Source: an uncultured cyanobacterium (GTDB taxonomy: Bacteria; Cyanobacteriota; Cyanobacteriia; Pseudanabaenales; Pseudanabaenaceae). From it: 64,000 nt of DNA. Both the position numbers and the translations under genes were made by a program. The stretch covers positions 3,680,001 through 3,744,000 of the forward strand of contig OY969811.1 in NCBI GenBank assembly GCA_963703315.1, given 5' to 3'. The notes under the pieces were generated by a model that ran no database searches, was not told where the DNA came from, and was given only the letters and a program-made list of their open reading frames with translations. Positions 18,447 to 27,761 of this stretch are shown piece by piece. Each line of letters starts with the position of its first letter. The first letter of the stretch is position 1.

Positions 18447-19503
18447 CGCCAACAGGTGCAGGAATATTACTGAAAGCGCCAACAGAAGGCTTGTTAAATA
18501 CTTGAGCAAGTTGACGAGGAGCGCGATCGCACCAGTTCTTCTTACCATAGACATAACCAGCAATCAAAGGCAATGCCACAGTTGCTTCCGAGTAAACCAT
18601 TTGCTCTTGAACAATATCAACCTTGCCCCAAGAATGTGCTTCCTTCAAAGTCGAACCCGATAGAGCGCCATCGCGTTCATCAGCAACGGTGATTTGGACA
18701 GCATACTTGTGCATTGCTGCCTCAAAACCAAGCAACTCGGCAGCTACTACAGTATCTTGAGCAAAGTTCTTGGGAACACCACCACCGATCATAAATAGAC
18801 CAGTGTGAGGACTTGCCAACTTGCACTGAGTCAATTCACGGAAGTCACGAACGGAGTCAATGCTAACGTGTTCTTCAGGAGAGAACCACTGATGATGGAC
18901 TAAGCCAAAACCTGCGGAACAATCGCTGAAAGCGGGAACGAAGATAGGAACTTGATGCTCGTAAGCTGCCAATACGACAGAGTGACGGTTTTTAGCATTT
19001 TTGTCGAGATATGCACCCATCTCATGGATGAACTCGCGAGAAGAGTAAGGGCGAGGAGGAAGGGAATTAGCAATTTTAGCGATCGTCATGTCGCAAATAC
19101 GCAATTCATCTTCATCGATGTAGGTGTCATAGATGCGATCGATCGCATTTTCGCGGAGTACGGTATCGTCCGCAAAGGTGTCACCAACGTAGTGATTAAA
19201 ACCGAGGGCTTCAAAGAAATCTTGGTCAACGATGTTTGCGCCTGTAGAGACAATCATGTCTACCATGTTGTTGGCGATTAGGTCGTAGACAACACCCTTG
19301 AGTCCCGCACTAAATAAAGAACCTGCCAAGCACAAGATGATCGCGCAATCTTTGTCCTTGATCATATCGTCATAGATATGCGCTGCACGTCCAAGGTTAC
19401 GACCTTGAAAAGCAGTATTTGCCATTGCGTCAACCAATCCGACCACATCAAAGGATTTGATGTCAATGTGTTTTACAGTCTGCTTAAGTAGTTCGCGTTT
19501 CAT
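18442..19503 (-). CDS. speY: Deoxyhypusine synthase-like protein (cyanobacterial homospermidine pathway, SpeY type)
   Basis: AFQGRNLGRA, VSTGANIVDQD, IDRIYD, PAFSDCSAG, IGGGVPKNFAQD, DGALSGSTLKEAHSWGK (catalytic Lys). Confidence 0.85.
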   Translation of the reverse strand: MKRELLKQTVKHIDIKSFDVVGLVDAMANTAFQGRNLGRAAHIYDDMIKDKDCAIILCLAGSLFSAGLKGVVYDLIANNMVDMIVSTGANIVDQDFFEALGFNHYVGDTFADDTVLRENAIDRIYDTYIDEDELRICDMTIAKIANSLPPRPYSSREFIHEMGAYLDKNAKNRHSVVLAAYEHQVPIFVPAFSDCSAGFGLVHHQWFSPEEHVSIDSVRDFRELTQCKLASPHTGLFMIGGGVPKNFAQDTVVAAELLGFEAAMHKYAVQITVADERDGALSGSTLKEAHSWGKVDIVQEQMVYSEATVALPLIAGYVYGKKNWCDRAPRQLAQVFNKPSVGAFSNIPAPVGV

Positions 19504-19930
19504 GATTCTGTTTGTCCTAGATGCTGTGTGTTGTAAATGTATGCAGGAAAAAAATTTGAGCAGAATTCAATAACAAAACAAGCAGAATCACATACCTATG
19601 GGCTAGGAAATTTTCTCCGCGATAATGTTGGCTTTATGCTTGACAGTCACAATCATTTATCAGTAAAGATGTGATCAAGATAAAAACATTACACACAGAA
19701 ATTTCCTATCCCCAAAGGATTGATTTCTAATGCCTATTCAGTTTTGAAAAATATTTAGCCTTCTCTAAATAATGAGAAGCGATCGACCTAGGTTGTTAAC
19801 AGTGGTTACAACCCTAGCAGTTAGAAGGTCGATCGGAACATACTAGGTCCTTCACAGGCATCATCCCAAGAAAGAGTAGGGTCAGACTCACGTCTTTCAC
19901 CCAACTTTAAATTGAGGAGCCAGTCACATC
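19504..19930 (-). ncRNA. Candidate structured cis-regulatory leader RNA (riboswitch/attenuator-like) of speY
   Basis: Nested stems capped by AGAC-GUGA-GUCU, plus several mutually exclusive pairings; see findings. Confidence 0.45.
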
Positions 19931-20143
19931 CAAGCAATAAAACCAGTTTTTTCAATTTTTATCTAGCTAAGTGCAAAAAATCCTTATTTATAATAGCACT
20001 CTTTTTGATAAATACAAGCAAAATGGCGCTAGAGAATTTATGTGTAAATAAGTTTAACTTTGTATCAGGAGACTTGTAGAGACTTAAGCCTCCTTCTTGA
20101 AACAAAGATTGAAACAAAGACGTATTTTCATACAGGGACGATC

Positions 20144-23100
20144 ATGATGACAGCGCAGTATCAGGAGGCTCTACACTCTTATGCAGAGGGTCGGTATGAA
20201 GAGGCAATGCGACAGTTTTCAGAATTGTTGTATGAAGATCCTCGCAATCCAAAGCTTCATATCTGGTTAGGTGCAACCTTTCGTAAGGCGGGGAAAATTG
20301 AGTATGCTAAGGTGCAGTATCAACAGGTATTAACGCTCACAGACGATCCAGATTTACTTGATCTTGCGAGTACCTCGCTTGCTCAAATTCAAAACAAATT
20401 AGCAGCTAATAGCTCTCAAAGATCTGCTCCACAAGATGATACTCAGTTAAGCACACCCCAAAAAGCTCCGACAGCCGCAGATCACAAAACTTCAGATCAA
20501 CGTCATGATCTCAAAAAGACTCAGAAGCAAGGATCTATCCCAAATCCCAATAAGCCATTAGCGAATACTTCAAATCATACGGTCAACACCAATGAAGAAA
20601 CCGTTAACTTGAACTTATTAGCTCCTTCTTCTCAGCCGAAAGCTCCTATTCCTAAGAAGGCTAGTGCTGCTAATGGCACGGTTCCGCCACCACCTGCGAT
20701 CGCGGCTCTATTTAAGAATCAACAACCTCAAAACGATCAAGATCATCAGGATAAATCTGGAGTATCACAAAAGGATGAGCCACTAATTGAGGTGATGATA
20801 GCTGATCAGGATATGGAAGAAATAACTGAAAGAGCCACGACTTCTGTCCTCAATGATACGATCGCCAATATTCAAGAAGAGAAGAAAAAAGAGAGCCAGA
20901 AAACGAAAGATCTCAGACCTACGAAAAAGAATAAAAAGAGCAAGCCCCAAGTTGATTCTCCTGCGGTAGAATCAGTATTTTTGGAGATAGACAATCCAAA
21001 TAATGATTACAAAAATCATCGCAAATCTTCTGCCAGCAAGGGTTATACGGCAGTCTCTTTGGAAGATATATTTAAGTTCTCTAGTGTGGGTCAAAAAATC
21101 ACCCTATGGGGAGCTTTAGTTGCGACTATTCCTGCGATCGCTCTCGGATTAGCGACATATCATATCGGTGATAAATTACTACTCAATAAAGTCAGACAAA
21201 CACAGCAATCTGAGGCAACTGCTTTAGCAAGAGTAACGGAAACCTTCATCAAGCAGCAAACTTCAGATGTGGAAGTCTTACAAAAATTGCTAGCTTCAAC
21301 GGAGATGGGAGAAAATACATTACAAAAGCCTGTAAATCCCAATCTCATTAATCAATCTAAACCTCTATCATCCCTACCAACTGCTCAGCAACGTCAATAT
21401 AAGCAACTATTGACAAATCGTTTAAATCTGTACAGCCAAGCTTATCCTGAATACAATAGTATTGCTTTGTTTGACATCAATGGAGAGTTAATTGCTCAGT
21501 CCAGTAAATCTAATACTTTGCAAACGATCGCTCCGAACAAGTTAAGCAAAGCGATCACTACTGATAAGGTATTGCTGAGTAATCCCATATTTGGCAAAGG
21601 TGGAGCGCATTTCTATGCCATCAGAGCGCTTAAAAGCTCGGTTTCTCAAAAAGTAAGTCTGGTTTTACAGGTGGAGATGCCTGTGAAACCATTGATGAAT
21701 GGATTAAATAATATCGTCAGTAATTCTGATAATAGTGGAAATAAAAGTTTTTATCTAGTTGATAGCTTCAATAAATACATTGCTAGTTCCCAATCTGTCC
21801 CAATTGGAGACGATGCGTTAATAGATTTTGCCATGTTGCCTGATTTACGATCTTCACAGTCATCAGAACTCCGAGATTTAGTTAAAGGCGATCGCAACGT
21901 GCAGGTTTTAGCCTACGCACCTGTCCTCAATATGCAGCAGTATGACATATTACCTTGGGATGTACTAACGACTATAGACAAAGCTACAGCGATCGCGGGC
22001 AATCAAAATCTATTGCTAGTAGTTGGCATAGGCATTGCCGCTACACCGTTACTAGTAGCTGCGATCGCTTATATGTTGTCTCGAAAGTTAAGCACTAGAC
22101 TGAAGGATATTCGGGCAGCCTTATCGGATCTAAGACATGGGAACTTAGATGTTAGTTTTGCGGCTCTGAGTGTAGAAGGAAATGATGAACTATCAGATAT
22201 TTCCCTCAGTATTAATAGAATGTCTGAACAGTTCCGCACCATGATGCAAAAGCAGGAGCAGGAAAAGCAACGCTTGCAGTTGCAGGTAACCAAGTTATAT
22301 AAAGTGTTATCGAAGTTGGCAAGGGAAGAAAAACAGGAAATTCAAGATTCAGACCTATCTGATGAGAACATCCTACTACTAGGTAAAAAAGTTCGTTCTG
22401 AAATGGTACAACGCCATGCCGAAGTGGAGAGTTATCGTCATCAGAAAGAAGATCTCCAAGCGCAGTTGATGCAAATGCTGAAAGATGTCCAAACCTTGTC
22501 TGACGGTGATTTAACAGTTTCAACGCGGTCTATTGATGGCAGCCTCACTAATGTGGCGATATTTTTTGATGATGTGATGCGTGGCTTACAAAATATTGTC
22601 ACTCAAGTCAAGTCTTCAGCGAACCAAGTTAATTTTTCTTTGGGGCAGAATGAACAAGCGATCGCCAATTTAGCTAGTGTGTCACAAAGACAGGTCGATA
22701 CAGTCAGTCGATCGCTAACCACTGCCGAAATGTCCAAGCTCGCAGCCAGTAACATTATCAACCATAGTGAGCAAGTAGTTCAGTCATCGCAGCTAGTCAC
22801 CGAAAAGCTATCAGATAGCGATCGCTCGATTGATGCCGTCATGCAAAAAGTCGGTGAGTTACAGCAAACAGTGGCGACAACTGCTAAAAAAATCAAGCAT
22901 TTAGGCACGATATCCCAAAAAGTCGCTAAAGCAATTTCTGCCATCAACGAAATTGCGATTAAGACCAATTTCCTCGCGATTAATGCCACCCTTGAAGCTT
23001 CACGAACAGGAGAGGTGAATAGTGGATTTATGTTAGTTGCGGAAGAGGTCGGAGAATTAGCAGCTCGTTCTGTGGCTGCGACTAAAGAAGTTGAAAGCTT

Positions 23101-23440
23101 ACTGAGCAATATCCAAAGTGAGACTACAGCCGTAATGGCAGTGGTGGAGTCAGGTAGCAATCAAGTATCGGAAAGCAATACCTTAGCGATCGCAGCTAAG
23201 GATAGTCTGCAACAAATTGCTCAAATCTCCCAACAAATTGATGGATTGATGTTGTCGATTACGGAAGCAACAACTTCACAAGCCCAAACATCTGAGGGGG
23301 TTGCTAACCTGATGAATGATATTTCTCACATGGCAAAAAGAACACTTGCCTCTTCTTCAGAAGTATCGAAGTTCTTTAAAACAACTCGTCGATATTCTGG
23401 AGAATTGCAGCAATCCTTAACTAATTTTAAAACTCGGTAG
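20144..23440 (+). CDS. Methyl-accepting chemotaxis protein (TPR-linker-TM-Cache-like-TM-HAMP-MA), PilJ/HmpD-like architecture
   Basis: N-terminal TPR (YQEALHSY..HIWLGATF), two TM helices, HAMP (DELSDISLSINRM), signalling tip KTNFLAINATLEASRTGE..GFMLVAEEV. ATG at 20144 preferred over TTG at 20060. Confidence 0.9.
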   Translation: MMTAQYQEALHSYAEGRYEEAMRQFSELLYEDPRNPKLHIWLGATFRKAGKIEYAKVQYQQVLTLTDDPDLLDLASTSLAQIQNKLAANSSQRSAPQDDTQLSTPQKAPTAADHKTSDQRHDLKKTQKQGSIPNPNKPLANTSNHTVNTNEETVNLNLLAPSSQPKAPIPKKASAANGTVPPPPAIAALFKNQQPQNDQDHQDKSGVSQKDEPLIEVMIADQDMEEITERATTSVLNDTIANIQEEKKKESQKTKDLRPTKKNKKSKPQVDSPAVESVFLEIDNPNNDYKNHRKSSASKGYTAVSLEDIFKFSSVGQKITLWGALVATIPAIALGLATYHIGDKLLLNKVRQTQQSEATALARVTETFIKQQTSDVEVLQKLLASTEMGENTLQKPVNPNLINQSKPLSSLPTAQQRQYKQLLTNRLNLYSQAYPEYNSIALFDINGELIAQSSKSNTLQTIAPNKLSKAITTDKVLLSNPIFGKGGAHFYAIRALKSSVSQKVSLVLQVEMPVKPLMNGLNNIVSNSDNSGNKSFYLVDSFNKYIASSQSVPIGDDALIDFAMLPDLRSSQSSELRDLVKGDRNVQVLAYAPVLNMQQYDILPWDVLTTIDKATAIAGNQNLLLVVGIGIAATPLLVAAIAYMLSRKLSTRLKDIRAALSDLRHGNLDVSFAALSVEGNDELSDISLSINRMSEQFRTMMQKQEQEKQRLQLQVTKLYKVLSKLAREEKQEIQDSDLSDENILLLGKKVRSEMVQRHAEVESYRHQKEDLQAQLMQMLKDVQTLSDGDLTVSTRSIDGSLTNVAIFFDDVMRGLQNIVTQVKSSANQVNFSLGQNEQAIANLASVSQRQVDTVSRSLTTAEMSKLAASNIINHSEQVVQSSQLVTEKLSDSDRSIDAVMQKVGELQQTVATTAKKIKHLGTISQKVAKAISAINEIAIKTNFLAINATLEASRTGEVNSGFMLVAEEVGELAARSVAATKEVESLLSNIQSETTAVMAVVESGSNQVSESNTLAIAAKDSLQQIAQISQQIDGLMLSITEATTSQAQTSEGVANLMNDISHMAKRTLASSSEVSKFFKTTRRYSGELQQSLTNFKTR

Positions 23441-23475
23441 CGCCAGATAGCCAGCAGTCCACTAGACAAAATGTA

Positions 23476-26400
23476 ATGAATTCTCCAATGATCGAACCAA
23501 TGATCGAAATAGTGCCACCAACTAAAAAGATATTTTCTGAGGAAACTCAAGCTTATACGCATGAGTTCAAAAATAAAATTTTAGATTTAGATGCCGATCT
23601 CCCAAACTTCGGTGAACAACTAGATGGTCTAATTTCGACGAATAAGTTATTGCAAGAAATGGCGATCAAGGCTAATTTTGATGTGCCTAACTCTCCTTTT
23701 GGAGAAATAATTCACCGTTTTGAGGACTCAATTCAGCTACTACGCGATCGCCATTCTAAGGTTGACTGGATTATTAAAGGGTTATTTATTGAAGTGGTTA
23801 ATATGATCAATCACTTCAATAATGAATATTATCTAGAGACAACATCAGATGAAGATGTGATGGCATCAGTAAATCATTTGTTTACCCAAATCAATGATCA
23901 TCTGCTCCAATCCGAAGAATTTACACTTCTCAAAATCCCAGAGTCTAGCTACAAAGAGAGTGAGCCTTTTAATTTAGATGAGACAACAGAGGCTTTACAT
24001 CTATTTGATGTTGATGATGCTCCAGAAACGCCAACTGAGTTATATAGGAATACATCTGACGAAACAGAATCATTAGACGGTTTTTTGATGATTCAACTAG
24101 AGCAAGAAGATCAAATTGCAACACCCTCAGAAATCTTTAAAGATGTTACAGATAATGCTAGTGATGAGTTGACGACTTTATTTCCTAGTTTATTGATAGA
24201 GCCATTTACAGGGGATTTAGATGATTTCTTGGATAACGCACCTAGCAATAATGATCATGAAGAAAAGTTGCCAATGCCAGAATTACTCGTAGATATCTTT
24301 TCAGAATCATCTACTGATCAAATTTTAGGCAGTGACGATGAAACTGAATTGCAAGGGGTAATTTGGCATGATCAAGAAGAGGAATTAGGCTTTGTCGAAG
24401 AAGATTTTAGCCCTGCGGAAACTGCATTCACAATATCTAAGTCTTTGGATAATGTGGATGATTCTACTGATTCTGGAAAGAATGATGATTCTATATTAGA
24501 GCAAAGTGCTTGGCAAGAAATTGATTCTGTAGATAATGATTCTGTATTAGAGCAAAGTGCTTGGCAAGCAGCAGAAACTAGTTTTAGCTTATCGAATCAT
24601 GATCTTATCTCTGACAACATAACTTCTGATGAATTTTTTACGTCACTAGAAGAAGAAAATATATTTGAAAATCCATTAATAGCTAATCAAAATTTACCAT
24701 CAGAAACCTCTTCTATGCTCAGCTATGCAAGTTTAGATAGTGATTTAACACTAGCAGAGATGCTTGATGATTTTTCTCACTCAGATATTGATACAGAGCT
24801 AGAGGAATCACCAATCTATCAAAATAAGACTAGTGTAATTCCAGAAGATGCTTCGCATAATCCATCGATAAGTTTAGAGAATCAAGAAATTGATGATTTA
24901 GAACTCTCAGGTTTATCTTTAGATCCAAACTACAATCTGAATCTAAATTTAGGTGTAAATAATGTTGCTAAGCAATCAAGTTCACAGCTAGCAACAACAA
25001 CGGAGAATGATGCTATTATTCGCATTCCTGTAAACCATTTAGAGATGTTGGGGGATTTGTCAGAAGAATTATTGGTGCGTAAGGGAAGTTTAGATATTTA
25101 TTTAGGCGAATTAAAGCTTTTGTCGGGAGAAGCTTCCAAACACTTGCAACTACTAGAGCCAAACTCAGTTATCCAAAATCAAAATGCGATCGCCAATCTC
25201 CAAAATACAATTGAGCAGATGAATAATGTCCTTGAGCGCACTGAGCAGCATACCTATGCGATGAGTCAGGATGTTCGTCATTTAAGAACAAATCTACGTC
25301 AAGTCCTTAAACATCCAATCTCTAGTCTAGTGAGAAAGTTTCCTAGAATCTTACGCGATCTGTCGCTAAACTATGGCAAGCAGGTTGAGTTAATTGTGCA
25401 AGGGGCTGAAATTGAAGTTGAAAGATTAATCTCTGAAATCATTGCTGAACCGCTTGAGCTATTGCTGCGAAATGCATTTGAATATGGGATTGAAAATCTC
25501 GATACGCGCCAACAGCAGGGAAAAGTCTCACAGGGCAAAATTGAGTTTATTGCAACTCAGACCGAAGAAAATATCGTTATTAAGGTAATCGATGACGGGT
25601 GCGGCATTGATATTGAGAAGATTCGCAATCAGGTTGAACAATCGGCAGCGATCGCGGGGATGTCGGGTTTTTCAACGATGGATATGAGTGATGAGCAGTT
25701 GATTGGCTTAATTTTTGAGCCAAGTTACAGTATGTCAACCTCATTCTCAAAATCCAGCAATAGACTAAGTGATGTCAAAAAGAAGTTACGAGAAATTGGC
25801 GGTACAATTTCAGTACAGTCGAAGAGAGGTGAAGGCACTGAATTTACAATGGTTTTGCCGAATATACTCTCCTTGATGCGGGTATTACTAATCGACATTG
25901 AGCAGATGTGTTTAGCAATTCCTAGTAAGGTCATTATGGAAGTACTTCCGATAGATTCAAAGAATTTCCATCAAAATCAAGAGACTTTGGTCTGGCGCGA
26001 TCGCCTAATCCCCATTGTTCGACTTAATTCTTTGCTCAAGCTCAATTGTCGTCATAGTGTCAACCCAGAACCCGCACAGTCTAATCCATCGGTACAGTCC
26101 GCTAGTCAGTCAAAGAGCGATAAACCAACTAACACCATTCCCGCATTCTTGGTAATCAGTTATGAGAGTGATCTCTTCGCTTTAGAAACAGATGGTTGTT
26201 GGAATGATCAAGAAGCAACATTTCATCAAATCGAAGGAGATATTAGTCTTCCTCAAATTTTTCTTGGTACGGTGATCTTAGGTAGCAATCAGGCAGTTGC
26301 GCTGCTCAATCCGATGGAAATAGTTAATCAATGCCTACGCTCGACCGTGAGTAATCCCCTATTATTTACTCAGAATGTTCATACTAGTTTCGATAATCTC

Positions 26401-26943
26401 AGTAGTTTATCTGACTTTTTTGAGGCAGAAGATATATCACCAGATCTATCGCGCCCTACCTCATTAGTACCACCAACTGAGCGATCACCTGAGTCGAAAA
26501 ATCTGCAAAATGCTGGACAATTTCCAAGTAATTTGGGTAATAAACAAGCAGGGCGATCGCATCAATCCAGAATTTTAATCGTTGAGTCTTCGGCAAATGT
26601 ACGGCGCTATCTTGCGATGGCGCTTACAAAATCAGGCTTTTTGACTGAGCAAGTTCAAGATAGTAAAGAGGCGCTCTCTTTTCTTAAAGAATGTTTAGCG
26701 ATCAACCTCAATGTTGATGTAGTCATCACTGATTTAGAGATGCCTCAAATGGATGGGTTTAAGCTCTTATCAAGTATTCGTGCGGAAGTCGATCTCCAAA
26801 ATTTACCGATTGTCGTACTTACTGCGAAGAATAATGAAAATGATCAGAAGCTAGCCTTAGAACTCGGTGCAAATGCTTATTTTAGTAAGCCTTATCGAGA
26901 ACAAGAGCTAGTCAGTAAATTGCACCAAATTATTTCGGGATAG
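23476..26943 (+). CDS. CheA-like hybrid protein (degenerate Hpt, acidic linker, dimerisation, HATPase_c, CheW, REC)
   Basis: IRIPVNHLEMLGDLSEELLV, LLRNAFEYGIE, DDGCGID, GGTISVQSKRGEGTEF, CheW-like segment, REC ITDLEMPQMDG...KP. Confidence 0.88.
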   Translation: MNSPMIEPMIEIVPPTKKIFSEETQAYTHEFKNKILDLDADLPNFGEQLDGLISTNKLLQEMAIKANFDVPNSPFGEIIHRFEDSIQLLRDRHSKVDWIIKGLFIEVVNMINHFNNEYYLETTSDEDVMASVNHLFTQINDHLLQSEEFTLLKIPESSYKESEPFNLDETTEALHLFDVDDAPETPTELYRNTSDETESLDGFLMIQLEQEDQIATPSEIFKDVTDNASDELTTLFPSLLIEPFTGDLDDFLDNAPSNNDHEEKLPMPELLVDIFSESSTDQILGSDDETELQGVIWHDQEEELGFVEEDFSPAETAFTISKSLDNVDDSTDSGKNDDSILEQSAWQEIDSVDNDSVLEQSAWQAAETSFSLSNHDLISDNITSDEFFTSLEEENIFENPLIANQNLPSETSSMLSYASLDSDLTLAEMLDDFSHSDIDTELEESPIYQNKTSVIPEDASHNPSISLENQEIDDLELSGLSLDPNYNLNLNLGVNNVAKQSSSQLATTTENDAIIRIPVNHLEMLGDLSEELLVRKGSLDIYLGELKLLSGEASKHLQLLEPNSVIQNQNAIANLQNTIEQMNNVLERTEQHTYAMSQDVRHLRTNLRQVLKHPISSLVRKFPRILRDLSLNYGKQVELIVQGAEIEVERLISEIIAEPLELLLRNAFEYGIENLDTRQQQGKVSQGKIEFIATQTEENIVIKVIDDGCGIDIEKIRNQVEQSAAIAGMSGFSTMDMSDEQLIGLIFEPSYSMSTSFSKSSNRLSDVKKKLREIGGTISVQSKRGEGTEFTMVLPNILSLMRVLLIDIEQMCLAIPSKVIMEVLPIDSKNFHQNQETLVWRDRLIPIVRLNSLLKLNCRHSVNPEPAQSNPSVQSASQSKSDKPTNTIPAFLVISYESDLFALETDGCWNDQEATFHQIEGDISLPQIFLGTVILGSNQAVALLNPMEIVNQCLRSTVSNPLLFTQNVHTSFDNLSSLSDFFEAEDISPDLSRPTSLVPPTERSPESKNLQNAGQFPSNLGNKQAGRSHQSRILIVESSANVRRYLAMALTKSGFLTEQVQDSKEALSFLKECLAINLNVDVVITDLEMPQMDGFKLLSSIRAEVDLQNLPIVVLTAKNNENDQKLALELGANAYFSKPYREQELVSKLHQIISG

Positions 26944-26956
26944 ATCACACCAAAAC

Positions 26957-27045
26957 TATAGCTGTAGTCAGTTACGTTAGGACAAAAACAAAACCCAAAA
27001 GCGAGGGGCGGCGCTTTGTGCCGCCCCTTGCTTCTTAGGTTGCTA
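26957..27045. repeat. MITE family B copy with variant central hairpin
   Basis: TATAGCTGTAGTCAGTTACGTTAGGACAAAAACAAAACCCAAAA matches the reverse complement of 59216-59323; hairpin GCGAGGGGCGGCG...TGCCGCCCCTTGC. Confidence 0.75.
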
Positions 27046-27104
27046 GAGCGTAAAAAATAATTTTGTGTATTTGGTGATTTATGTAGTAACATAGTTATTC
27101 GCAA

Positions 27105-27178
27105 CGGGATGTAGCGCAGCTTGGTAGCGCGCCTGCTTTGGGAGCAGGATGCCGTAGGTTCGAATCCTATCATCCCGA
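27105..27178 (+). tRNA. trnP: tRNA-Pro(UGG)
   Basis: Acceptor stem CGGGATG/CATCCCG, D arm GCGC..GCGC, anticodon arm CCTGC-TTTGGGA-GCAGG, T arm GTAGG-TTCGAAT-CCTAT; CCA not encoded. Confidence 0.97.
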
Positions 27179-27218
27179 CTTAAAAAGAAAAAACTGAGAA
27201 GCGCTCTAGGGCGCTTTT

Positions 27219-27761
27219 TTATTTGGCAGCTAACACTTGTAAATCCTGCGATCGCGCAAATTGTTTGCGCCATGCTGTAATGCCACCTGTGAGCGTTACA
27301 GTTTGATAGCCGCGATCGCTCAGATACTTATTTGCTTTAATTGAGCGCATTCCCGAAGTACAGTACAAAACAACCGTTGGTTGGCTGTTTTGGATCTTTT
27401 GATAGCTCTGTACAATATTTTGCACTTGTACCATTCCGCCCCCAGACTCAATTTGTGGCAGTGGGACAAGCTGGCTATTACCAATATGATCATCTTGATA
27501 TTCTTCTAGCGATCGCACATCAATTAAAATCGCAGACTTTAACTTACCGTTAGATAACTCGGCAACTGAAATTTGTGGCGTACTCAAACTTTGTAAATAA
27601 ACGGGTAAACTCATTTGCTGTTGATAGGCAATGACACTCAAAGTCCCAGTACTAGCAACGATTACAGCACCAACCACGACTAAGGGAATTAAATATTTGC
27701 GTTTAGATATAAATTCTTTAAATTTATTTCCTGTTGGTGTTTTCTCAGTTAATGGATCCAT
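27219..27761 (-). CDS. Membrane-anchored rhodanese-like domain protein
   Basis: N-terminal TM; LIDVRSLEEY..HI, LYCTSGMRS, LTGGITAW. Confidence 0.88.
   Translation of the reverse strand: MDPLTEKTPTGNKFKEFISKRKYLIPLVVVGAVIVASTGTLSVIAYQQQMSLPVYLQSLSTPQISVAELSNGKLKSAILIDVRSLEEYQDDHIGNSQLVPLPQIESGGGMVQVQNIVQSYQKIQNSQPTVVLYCTSGMRSIKANKYLSDRGYQTVTLTGGITAWRKQFARSQDLQVLAAK

Noticed and set aside
18279..18563. 94-aa ORF sharing VTRLLEKRY with ORF 2468..3073
   Set aside because: The similarity comes from MITE family A; the ORF overlaps two real genes.
19504..19930. Known guanidine, SAM or glutamine riboswitch upstream of speY
   Set aside because: I could not find the consensus features I recall for these classes; an Rfam scan is needed to exclude them formally.
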